Below, piece by piece: positions 41,230 to 52,730 of a stretch of DNA of 64,000 nt. The DNA is from the human T2T-CHM13v2.0 reference genome, Homo sapiens. Both the position numbers and the translations under genes were made by a program. The notes beneath the pieces were generated by a model. The model saw only the letters and a program-made list of their open reading frames with translations, was not told the DNA's origin and did not search any database. How positions within the stretch are numbered: position 1 is the stretch's first letter; each line of letters begins with the position of its first letter. The stretch lies in NCBI RefSeq assembly GCF_009914755.1, contig NC_060936.1; one strand, given 5' to 3'.

Positions 41230-42106
41230 TCGTATTCCATGGACCACAAAAGATGCTGCCAATTAAATTATGACTTAATGTATTATCATATTGAATTTTT
41301 AAAAGACTTTTAAAGGAGGTCTTTTAGCTTATTCAAACATAACTGCCCTTTATTACTCATCTGCATAAATTAAAAAGAAAATGTAAGCCAAATAAATTGG
41401 TTAAGGAGTTCCTAAAACTGCTACAAATCAATAATTTGATCTTTTTGAATTGTTTTCAACTCAGAGTTATCAACATCTGTGTTTTTGCACACAGTCTCAG
41501 CTTCTGCACCATCAGGAGCCCTGGGATGCAGAATTTCTCGAACACTTTTCTTTTGGGATTTTATCCTACACCGTTGAAATCCTTCTGCAAATTTTGAAGA
41601 TGGTGCTTTCTTGTTTATTGTGTCTTTTTTGCACATTTATCACTGAATGGACATAACAAAGCTTCATCTACTATTAGGCATCATCCTTCCTATGTTTTGT
41701 AAGGTGCTTGGTTGTTGCATTATAAGAAAATTTTAAAAACTGGTTACTCCTTCAATATCAAACATTTACTTCAGTATTACCAATTTTCTGCCTCACTGTT
41801 TTTGTACCTTTCTGGGTATGCACAATACCTCTATGTTTCAAAGCTAAATCACAATGTACTCTTTGTGAAGATATTTTAAAGAGCATTTAGACTTAATAGT
41901 GTAGCACAAAGAGTAACAAATAAACAGCTGAAGTAGCAATGACACAAATAGCTGACAGGAACTTTGCACAAAACAAAGAATGATAACAATGTCACCAGGC
42001 CTGCCAGCCTCCTGAGGTTCTAATATACCATGTTGGTAAGAAACAATCTGGTTTTAGATGTTGTAAAATATGAAAAAAAAGTGTGTCTAGAACCAATGAA
42101 CTACGG
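41230..42106 (-). mobile_element. Kanga1-type (TcMar-Tc2/pogo) internally deleted DNA transposon with transposase remnants
   Basis: Degenerate TIRs TCGTATTCCATGGA..AAGATGC and GTGTCTAGAACCAATGAACTACGG (family TIR CCGTATTTCATCGATTCTAAGA). Minus-strand peptides resemble the N- and C-termini of a pogo transposase. Confidence 0.75.
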
Positions 42107-44564
42107 ATCATTGGATTCCAGTGATGCTGTTGATCAAGCTTATCTATATGGTTTAACATAGGAAATTCTCAGTTATAAATCCTTGGAAGCAGAGACAGTG
42201 ATATCAAATGCCTCATGCTTCTAGAAGTGGTGCTCTGTGAAGCAAAATGACTCTTCAAGTTTCAGAGTAAAGGCTGAATTTAGTTACTTTGGGCACTGAG
42301 AAACGAAGTTATAATCTGGATTTCTGGCTCTCTGGTTTTTTTTTTTTTTTTCCTGGATTGCTGGATTTCTCTTTTTAAACACCTTTTTGCCCTCAACACC
42401 AGATACTAGTGAATTTGTAAAGAAATAAAATAGTATGCAATCCTTACTTACGTTTTGCTCAAAAAGATGATTTGTCATGTCTCACAATTACAGGCCTCCT
42501 TTATTAATACATTCCAAAGATATTTATTGAGTGTTGCTGTGTGCCAGGTGCCGACATAATATGGACCAAAAAACTTGCCCTTGTGGAGTTTTCACTATGG
42601 TTGGGGGAGGCATATCACACACAAACAGGTAAACTGCATGCTGTGCTATACATACAGAGTCCCTGGTAAGGTCCATGGGGGGAAGCAGAACTGAGAGGGA
42701 TGAGTGGCATCTCTGTATCTTTCAGTGCTTCCCAGCTGGAAGGTGCATCAGCCTGGCTCATCCCTAGCAGTGTGTTGTCCCCTCGGTTATTGCTAGACAG
42801 GCTCCTGGTCCAGACACAGGTCTCCAGCGAGTCTTCAGACCAAGCCCTGTATCCTGAGGGGAGGTTTGGACTCAGCCCCCACCTCCTATTCCCTGTACCG
42901 TAATTTTGAGTCTCTCATCAGTCACGTGGACTGGTTACATCTTTGTCTCCCCTTCAGAACACCCTGGAGCCTGTACCTCCCTCAGAGTGTCTTTCCTGGC
43001 TGCCTTGCCACTACTCGAAGCATTCCCAGACTGCAGTGCTGGGACCCACAGTTGCACAGTCAGGGACACGCTCTCCACAAGTGACACTAAAGGAGCGAGG
43101 AAGAATTTTTGCATCTTGTTGAGCTCCACTTCCTCCTCAGGCAAATGACTTGGCAAATCATTCTCTTTTTCTTCTCAGATGTTTCCTCTCTTTTTCACAG
43201 AAGGTGAACAAAATGCTCTCCTCCTTGCCTCACTAGAGAATAACCTGCCATTTCCAGTTAGGACTGATAGTGAAGGCTGTGAGGTGGAGTGCTGCGGGCA
43301 CTCAGTCCAGGCGCGTCCCTGGCTCTCTTTCCTTGCCGTTTCTGCAGTCTGACCTTGGCCCTTTGAGCCTGTGCTGGGGTGGAGATGCTACTCCTTGAGG
43401 AGGTGAACTGTCAGCTATGTGATGTCCTCCCACCCTAGTGTTACCTGGAATGACCAGACACCAGAAATAAAACTGGAAATACAGCAGTGTGTGGCCTCCC
43501 AAACGAACAGGCCACTGCTCTCCCTGCTTCCCTGAGGCTTCGGGGCTGGAACTCAGAGCTCAGGTTCACACCTCACTCTAATGGGAACACATTGTCAGGG
43601 GCTTCTCACAGAGGGGAGCCTGCTGAGAGAAGGCTGCAGGCAAGGAACTCTCAGCCGTGCAGCCACATAGCCTGCACAGGCCAGGCTGGGCTGCCCACCC
43701 CTCCCCATGCTCCCCATCCATGGCTGGGCTATGGTGAGCTTCCTTCAAACCTGCTCAGCCTTGGCAGGCTCTGCTCAGAGACAGAATACTCTGTAAGGAG
43801 GGTGGCAGTGGGGGTTGGTGGAAGAGGACAGGGAATGGCTAAAAGGGCCAGTGGGAAGCCGGGAGCTCAGAGCCTTTCAGAAAGGAAACGAGAGTCCGTA
43901 AGCCAGGGTTTGGAAGAATTGGGAGACATTTGAATCCTCCCTCAATGTGAAGGCCATGCTTTTCTGTGAGGTGAAAGATGCTGGACCAGAGGCTCTAGTC
44001 TCCCGATGTGGGAGGTTGTGGTGATGTCGGGGTCACTTCTCTGCCAGGAACCTGTGTGTGCTTACCAGGATCTGGCTAAACAGGAGGAAAAATAGGAAGA
44101 TCTAAAAGAGAGGCAATAGGTTAGCAATATTAATCTGTTGAAGGGAAAGAAGAGGCTAATACTGAATGATGACAGCCAGTTTCTCCAATAATACTGGTGG
44201 CATGGAACTCAGGGACTGTGTGTAACCAACATACTGCTTAGTCATAACAGATGTAGCACAGATACCTAACCATCTTATAGACAGAAAATCTGATCACCCC
44301 GGAAGTTAAAATCACACCATAACGACAGAGCCCAAGGAGATATCCTTGTTCTCCTCAATTCTAGACCAGAGCCATGTTGACTGTCTGCTCTGCACCTCTG
44401 GCTGGGTAGAGAGATGAGCAGAGGGAGTCTGGGAAGGCAGGTAAGCAGAGATCAGAGAAATGGAAGCTCAGTCTGTGGAAGGAGCCAGGGAAGAAGTTGC
44501 CAGGACCACAGTTGCCAGGAATCAATGACAAGGAGGAGGTATATTTGAGAACCGATCACGTCAG

Positions 44565-45223
<659 letters not shown>

Positions 45224-45745
45224 CCTGGGATCAGGGCCGCACCTCAGAATCCAGGTCAGTGCTTTCTGCAAGGTGGACGAAGGTGCCCATGCTTCCTCCA
45301 CTCTTCCTCTGGAGTAAAGTGGGCCCTGGGTGATCTTATTTGAGACTGATTTCTCTGGGTGTGGCGCAGAACCACTTCAGCTGTCCCTGCTGTTCTGAAG
45401 CTTCTGTTTTAACTGAGGGACTGCAGAGGCTGGTAAGTCAATAGTGCTTTCTCCAGGGATCACAGACAGGCCTTCCTAGTCACAGCTTAGCTCATTCCCA
45501 CCTCAATACAGCACATCCTGCAAATGAGGAAAAACTGAGAGGCACCTGCACAATTTACCATGTGTCTTAGCTGGATCCTTACTGAGTTCTATACCTTTTT
45601 TCCCATGGAGACTCACACAGATGCAACTTCTAAACAGTGGGGCCACACTCCTGCATTTGGACACCCATTTCCTTCCTCAGATCATAGTGGTCCTCCTTTC
45701 CCCTGGCACCGATACTAACTTATATAACTGCTTCTTCACACCTTA

Positions 45746-46305
45746 TGTATTAGCTATATATTGCTGAATAACAACATTATTCCAGAATTTGTCAGCTTAA
45801 ATAACATTTATTATCTCACAGTTTCTGAGGGTCAGGAATCCAGAAGTGTCTTAGCTAAGTGCTTCTGACTAATCAAGTTTTCGGCCAGGCTGCAATCATT
45901 TCTAGGCTTGACTGGGGCTGGAAAATCTGCTTCTGAGCTCCCTCACATGGTTGTCAGCAGACCTCAGATCCTCACTAGCTATTGGCTGCAGATTGCAGCT
46001 CCTCCTCAGGCTGGTGACTCCATAGGCTCCTGAATGTCCTTGTGATACAGCTTCTGGCTTCCCAAAGCCCACAATCTGAGCACACACAAGAGAACAACCT
46101 AGACAGAAGCCGCGGTCCATTGTAATCTACCTTGAGAGTGACATACCATAACTTCTGCCATTTGCTGTTGGTCCCAGACCAACTCTGCCACAAAATGGAA
46201 CAGACTGCATGAGAGTATGACTGCCACAAAATGGAACAAACTGCATGAGAGTATGACTACCAGGAGGTGGGGATTTCAGAGGACCGTCTTGAAGAGACTA
46301 CCACA
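45746..46305 (-). mobile_element. MLT1F-like MaLR solo LTR
   Basis: TGTATTAG..ATTTATTATCTCACAGTTTCTGAGGGTCAGGAATCC..GGCTTGACTGGGGCTGGA..CTACCACA. 5-bp TSD CCTTA/CCCTA. Confidence 0.82.
46185..46256. repeat. 36-bp tandem duplication (2 copies, 1 mismatch)
   Basis: CTGCCACAAAATGGAACA(G/A)ACTGCATGAGAGTATGA x2. Confidence 0.95.
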
Positions 46306-46529
46306 CCCTATTAGAATCAAGCATTTCTTGTCTTGACTGGTCATTTCCTTTTTCTGAGCATGGGGTAGCAGAGAGATCACTTATGGCCACAGCCCCCAGA
46401 GTCTGGGAACCTGACCAATTCTACTATTTAATCCTATCTGGGGGATCCAAATTTCCCCCTTTTCCTTTGGCCAACGGAGATACTGCACTATGGCTAGGAA
46501 AATAGTGGCACTTTGTTAATCCCTTCTTG

Positions 46530-46740
46530 GCCGAACTACCTAGATTCAAGTCTTGACTCCTTCACTTATTAGCTTTGTGATACTGGGCAAGGTTTTCAGC
46601 TTCTCTGTGCCTCAGTTTTATGTAAAATGGGGCTGAAACATGATACATTTCATAGGATTATTTTATGGCTTTAAGAGGTAAATATATATAAAATAAGTAG
46701 CGCAATGCAAGGGGTGCATAAATGAGAGCTATTATGATAA
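46530..46740 (+). mobile_element. MIR
   Basis: CACTTATTAGCTTTGTGATACTGGGCAAG..CTTCTCTGTGCCTCAGTTT..TGTAAAATGGGG. Confidence 0.78.
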
Positions 46741-48530
46741 CTGTTGGAATACATCCTAATTTAGAATACACAAAGGAAATAGATGGGGTGAAGGGGAGTG
46801 GTAAAGCAGTGAAAAGTCAGATTCTTTGTTAAATGTTCTGTGATTTATGGAGCTTCAGATTTTTTAATGTAACTGTTACTCCAAACAAATGTTCTTTCCC
46901 TCTTCTTCTACTTCTTCTCATGAATACAATGGTGTTAATTCCTGTGCCTCTTACAGTTCAAGCAAGAAAGACTGCCCAATTGTGGCCTAACCTGTGTGTC
47001 TATAATTTGGTGAGGGTGATATGCCCCAATATAGAGAGAACCATAATTCTGACCTTTCAACTAAATGGAATTAATTTTAAAAGGAAAAAAATTAAATACC
47101 AATAAAGTTAATAAACAATTTTGAATTAAGAAAGTAACACTCCTTTATTGAATTCATTATTTTAATATCCCTTTGCTGAGTTTGGAACAGTCACATCTGC
47201 CAAATTTCAACTAGGTCAGCACAAATGTTTTTATTTGTAAAATATTCATTAGTAAAAATAACTATACCCCATTGTTTAAAAACCCTTACCAAGTGGATTG
47301 GGTGCTGCTGGTTTATGGTCCTTGTCATCCACATTGTGAGATACCAGTTATTTGGGTCAATGGCTCCTAAGCCAGATAGCACCAAATACTTGGCTGGATA
47401 TTTTCTCATTCATGTTTGCAAACCTAGAATTAGAAAGTGAGATGACCATATACAAAACTGTAGCAGCCAGATTTGACATTAAGAAAACAAAACTAAGCTT
47501 AACTCAAAAGGGCCCCCAAAACAGCAATGAACAAGAACTATTTGTCTATTCTTCCTCCTGTTGGTTGAGTCTGCACACCAGGATGCAACTAACAGTCCTC
47601 TTGAAAGAGCGCTGGAGAAATGCTCTGCCCTGCTGGTTAAGCAGACTGCTATGTCACAACTTGAGTTGAGTTTCCATCAGCATTTCAAGGTCAGCACCCA
47701 TGATCATTCCTCAGTAGCCTGTTAGAACAAAGCACCCAGGGCTTCTCTTATCTCTGATGCCTATAGATCAAGACAGTTCTTGCTGGAAAGAATCCTTGGC
47801 TATCTCCATTTATTGTCCTCTCAGCCTCTGACAACCTAGAGAAGAATGCAGTGACTATTTCTCAGAAATGGACGGTGTGGGACAGGTGGTTCAGACAATT
47901 CATGGCCAAAAGATTCAGCATTCAGGCCAAAGAAACTGATAAAAAAAAAAAACAGGATTCTTTTCTAACCAGTTGTCTGAATTACTTACCCTTCTCTCTT
48001 CCAGAGGCCCTGCTGCCTGACAAAGAGAAATTCATAATGACAGTGGAAAATTGCCAAACTCAGCAAATTTCTCCAAGCAAATAATGATTCCAGTAAAGAG
48101 TGTTCAAGTTTGCTATAACAATAATGAAAATAATAATATTTTATACACTAAAGTGCTTCTCATCCCCTAGTCTGCTATTTAATATGTTAAGTTTATACAT
48201 TTGCATATGCCTGTAGGAGAATGTGCACAGTGTATATTAAACACATAAAATACTTTGGTGAAACATTGTCAGTTGTTTGATTAATTTCCAAAATTTATTC
48301 ATCTTGCCTACTTAAAAACTTTAATCCCGAATATTACATTAGCCTCTACCCAATCTTAACAATTTCTCCCATTCACATTTTTAGGATCGAAATTTTCATC
48401 TATTAACATCATATAGATGGCTAAGAAGTTAGGGGCATCTTTCTCTGAATGTGTAATTTCCTACTCAGAAAGCTAAAACAAAACCTGAGGAAGGGGAGGC
48501 AAATGAAACATTTTCTCATTTGGGATTGTG

Positions 48531-48697
48531 CCTGATTTCTATTATCTCTACCCAGCCTGTCTGAGGTCAGAAGCTCAGAAACTGGAACATCACACTAGCC
48601 TAGCCTGGCTTTATTCAAGTTTAGAAATGAAACACTAGAAATACAGGATTCTGCAGAGCTAAAGATTTCTGTAACCACAGTGACTCATAAACACAGC
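48531..48697 (+). repeat. Copy 1 of a ~165-bp local direct duplication (candidate enhancer module)
   Basis: Manual alignment to 50556-50719 gives 17 mismatches and one 3-bp gap (~88% identity). Confidence 0.92.
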
Positions 48698-49079
48698 ACA
48701 AGAAATGTATTTGATTTGGGTTTTGGCCTTTAAATGTGCCACTTTCATCTCTTTTTGGCCTCTCCTTACCACACAGTGTTCCACTTAGGATATCATAGCC
48801 AGAGCTGTAAAGCTCCCTAAAGTCTTTGAAGAGAAAGGCTGATTTTGTGCAAAGTAGAGCTGTTGTTTTATTAAGGATGCATGAGAAAATATAACTAGAC
48901 TTCACAGAGTGACTAAGAAATGCTGCCGGTGGGCTGAATCTCAGCCATCACTGGCCCTTCTGAGATCTTTAATCTCTTCTGTGAAGATCAAGAGGGAAGT
49001 GTGTGTAGGGGAAAAGCAGAGCCAGGCCCAGTACCAGGAGAAGGGGAGAAGGAATTTTGGTGAGGAAATTCAGCTCAGC

Positions 49080-50080
49080 AAGCATTCATTGAGCTAGGTG
49101 CTAGAGATAAAACTTGATAAATTTCCTGCCACAAGAGGACATGCAAACAGGAAATTTCAATATAATGTGCCCAGAAATAGTGTAGAGATGTGCTAGGGGA
49201 CCCTGGGAGAGCTGCGTGGGGTCACTGCAGTCACTATGGGGATTATAAAGGAAGGGTATCTGGACAATGGAAGGCTGAGCTAATAGCCAAGATGTACAGA
49301 CAGGAAGACAGGTCTAGACAAAACGGCAGCGTCTGAGAGAACAAGAAACTGCATGCTGTATGCTGGGGACTTTTAGCACTTGGTTAGCACGGGGGTAGTG
49401 CCAAAATGAGAATGCAGAGGTAAACAGGGCCAGGTCACAAGGGGCATTGCCTGCCATGCTGAAGAAATTAACCATTGTTCTGTTGGTAGCGTAAAAGCCA
49501 CTGAAGGGTTGTCATTAAGGAAAAAATGGGGCCTGATCTGTGTTTTAGAGAGATCGTTTCACTAGCTATATATATTTAAGAGGCAAGACTGGAGGTAGAG
49601 AGGTGTGGCTTACAGGTGATTTCAAGAGCTTAAGAAAGAATGGCAAAGGCCTGACCTAGGACAGTAGTTCCAGGGAGAAGATAGACTAAGTTGGAGACAT
49701 AAATCAATGGAACCTGATTAGTTATTTGTGGTATAGGAAGAAAGGGGAAAAGAGCAGGTTTCTAGAACAGTGGTTCTTAAAGTGTGATAGGTGGAGCAGC
49801 AGCAGCAACAACACATAGGAATGTATTAGAAATGCAAATTTGGGGGCAACCCCAGACCTTGTGAACCAGTTACTGAATCAGAAACACTGAGGCTGGAGTT
49901 CAGCAGTATGTGTGTTAACAAGCCCTGCTAGTTCTGATGCAAGCTCAAGTTTGAGAACCACTAGTCTAGGATAACTTCCAGGATTTTACCTTGGGTTCCT
50001 GGGTAAATGATGCTACCATTGGCTGAGATAGGGGATACTCTAAAAGGAACAGAGTGTTGTGAGGGTGAGAAGTCAGCAAG
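49080..50080 (-). mobile_element. L2 fragment interrupted by MER5A
   Basis: CATTCATTGAGCTAGGTGCTAGAGATA..GGGCCAGGTCAC..TGCCATGCTGAAG..AAGCCACTGAAGGG..TGATCTGTGTTTTAGAGAGATC is antisense L2. Confidence 0.7.
49768..49963 (+). mobile_element. MER5A hAT-Charlie DNA transposon
   Basis: TIRs CAGTGGTTCTTAAA / TTTGAGAACCACTA. Internal TTAGAAATGCAAATT..CCCCAGACCT..TACTGAATCAGAAAC. 8-bp TSD TTCTAGAA/GTCTAGGA. Confidence 0.9.
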
Positions 50081-50252
50081 TTAAAGAAAGGAAGAGAAAC
50101 AGGGTGATTTTCAGCAAAGAAAAACAAAAAGAATTGGAAGGAAAAAGTGACTCTCAGAGCCTTCTTGACGTGCGCAGTTGGCAGAGGAAAATTCTGAAAG
50201 CCCAATTCGCTGCTCTTGGGGTAACAGTGGAAGGGAGGTTGCAGTCTGAATA

Positions 50253-50263
50253 ATGAGTCAGCA
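50253..50263 (+). promoter_or_regulatory. Consensus CNC-sMaf (NRF2/NF-E2/BACH1) antioxidant-response-type motif with embedded AP-1
   Basis: ATGAGTCAGCA followed by AT-rich ATTTT (reverse complement TGCTGACTCAT). This is a motif match only; occupancy is unknown. Confidence 0.45.
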
Positions 50264-50555
50264 ATTTTATCCCCCAAATCATTAAGAAAATCTCAGTTGC
50301 CCAAACTATTGATTGTAACCTGTACTGCTTTCCATAACAATACACAGTAGCCACAATTTGGCAGGATTTGATTGAGGTCCTCCTACCCTTGTGTGTCTGC
50401 GAAAGAATATGCGTAAACTCAGGACCCAGATCAAAACCTAAGCGGGCCGTGAGAATGATTAACACTACGTTCAACAGCAGAGATGGTGGAACTTGCAGAT
50501 CATGGCAAAACTTGGCCAAGGGGTCAGAAAAGTCCCTCTCATAGGAACAAGATCC

Positions 50556-50719
50556 CCTGATTTCTCTTATCTCTACCCAGCCTGTCTGATGGGAGAAGTT
50601 CATGAACTAGAACATAGTAGCCTAACCTGGCTTTATTCAAGTTTAGAAATAAAACACTGGAAATACAGAATTCTGCAGAGCTGAAGATTCCTGCAGCCAC
50701 AGTGACTCATAAACACAGC
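50556..50719 (+). repeat. Copy 2 of the ~165-bp local direct duplication
   Basis: See copy 1. Both copies share CCACAGTGACTCATAAACACAGC exactly. Confidence 0.92.
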
Positions 50720-51514
50720 CAAAGAATTTTTTATTCTTTGCTTCTGAAATTATTTGCCCCTAAATTTGTTGGTCACTGTGCCAGAGTCAGAGATCAAAGT
50801 ACAGCTAATGTCACCCAAGTGAATGCTTGGGTCAAGGTGGTGAGATGTCAGCCACAATGGAGGGGGATGGGCAGGGAGAAAGGATCATTCTTCTGCTGGA
50901 TAGAGTGTCCTGGAGTGGGGTCAGAGATGGATAAAGTAAGCAAGGAGAGGAAAGGGACAAATCATGGGGGAGGTGGTAACAGAAGGGTTCTGCAGAAAGT
51001 TCTGCCTGGATCCAGCCCTGCATCACATAAAGAGAGATGAAATAGCATCCCCATCCTTGTGAAATAGAGTTACTTGCCCAGGACATTCAGGTCTGAAAAT
51101 AGAAGATTTAATGCACCAAGGAGGCTAGTAACTCAGTAATGACAGAGGTATGGAAGCTTTTTCCTAACATGGTATCTGAAGATAAAAGCAGCTCAGAGTA
51201 GACACATATTTTAAGTGCTGTCCTCCTAATACAAATCCATCAGTTAGATGTGCTCTTTGACCGGCTTTTTAGCAGCAAGAATGGCTTGTACTGATGAATC
51301 CGCATGATCTGTGCCAACGTTCCCAAGCCTTTGGCTTCACAGCACCATGTTCCAACCAACTGTTCTTTTCTCTGCTCCAATTCATTCTACGTATCACTGC
51401 CAGATCGATTTTCTAAAGTAGGACCCACGACTTTGTTCTGCTCAAAACCAGCAATGGCTCCCTCTTGCCTGTAAAACTGAATATAAACTTTTCAACTTGA
51501 CCAAGGTACCTCTA

Positions 51515-51679
<165 letters not shown>

Positions 51680-51823
51680 GACTCTCCTGGACAGAGGTTG
51701 GATATTTTAAAATTATACTTTCTTGATCCATTTGAGCAGTTTTAGAATAGAAAAGAAGGTACATATTAATGGAAGGAGGAGGAGGGTTCGAGGAGCTCTG
51801 ATGAGCATTATGAGCAGCCTGTC

Positions 51824-51871
51824 CTAGGCACATGAGGCACATGAGGACTAGGCACATGAGGCACATGAGAA
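51824..51871. repeat. Nested tandem repeat: 24-bp unit x2, each holding GGCACATGA x2
   Basis: CTAGGCACATGAGGCACATGAGGA CTAGGCACATGAGGCACATGAGAA, followed by a partial unit CTTGGCACA. Confidence 0.93.
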
Positions 51872-52354
51872 CTTGGCACACAGGATGGGGAGGGACCAAG
51901 GAACCACAGGAGGGGACTTGGTAAGGGCCTGCGATTTTTGTCTGATACATATGCAGTCTGGCTTCTTGTAGAAAGATCCACTTCAGAATTCCCAGCTAGG
52001 GAATTCTGCCTCTATGAGGGGCTGAGGGGACCCTGCTCCCATCAACCCCATGTGTACTACTAATCAAACATCTGCTGTGGGCTCCCTAACACCTTCATAA
52101 GCAGGCTTTCAGGCTTTTAAAATTAAAATAAAGAATGAATATGGTAGCACCAAGAAGCTGTCAATAATTTTCTTGAGAACAGGCAAACTTTGAGTGCACC
52201 TGCCTTATCCCCAGGAGAACAGCTGCAGCATGGAGCTCCAGGAGGACAGCAAAGGATGTTCCCAGTTCCCATTCCTGGTAGAGTGCTTGGTCAAGTGGCT
52301 TAACCCACATGTGCTTCAGTGTCCTTATGTGTAAACTGGAGATAATAGACTAAT

Positions 52355-52460
52355 AGTACAAGGTGCTGTTCTAGGTATTTTATACATATTATCTCATTTA
52401 ATCTTTACAACAGTCTTGTGAGATAATATGTATAAAACACTCAGAAGAGCACCTTGTACT
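52355..52460. repeat. Inverted repeat (42-bp arms, 38/42 match, 22-nt spacer) inside a MIR
   Basis: Left arm 52355-52396 is the reverse complement of right arm 52419-52460 with 4 differences. Confidence 0.93.
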
Positions 52461-52499
52461 CAATAAGGCCTAAGTAAATGCATGCTGCTGCTATTAGTG

Positions 52500-52730
52500 G
52501 CAGATAAGGTAGGGTTCTAAAGTCAGCTTTCTTGGGTTCAGGTCACAGCTTTACCTTGCTGACCTTGGGCAATTACTTAACCTTCTCTCTATGACTCGGA
52601 TTCTTCATCTGTAAAATGGGGATAAGCAATAATACTTTCCTCATAGGATTGCAGTGAAGATAAGTAAGTTAGTGCATTTTGAGCAGTGACTGGCATCATA
52701 TGTTATCAAATATCAGCTACTATGCTAATT
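52500..52730 (+). mobile_element. MIR
   Basis: TGACCTTGGGCAATTACTTAACC..TTCTTCATCTGTAAAATGGGGATAAG..CTCATAGGATTG. Confidence 0.82.

Noticed and set aside
50059-50253. ORF with a homeodomain-like start (KERKRNRVIFSKEKQKELE)
   Set aside because: It starts at GTG inside an L2 remnant and crosses a purine-rich tract that naturally yields K/R/E. I found no helix-2/3 (WFxNRR) in the neighbouring frames and no good splice donor after helix 1. A Pfam Homeodomain HMM search would settle it.
51824-51880. Short direct repeats considered as a CRISPR-like array (also 46185-46256)
   Set aside because: They are head-to-tail repeats without unique spacers in primate DNA, and there are no cas genes.
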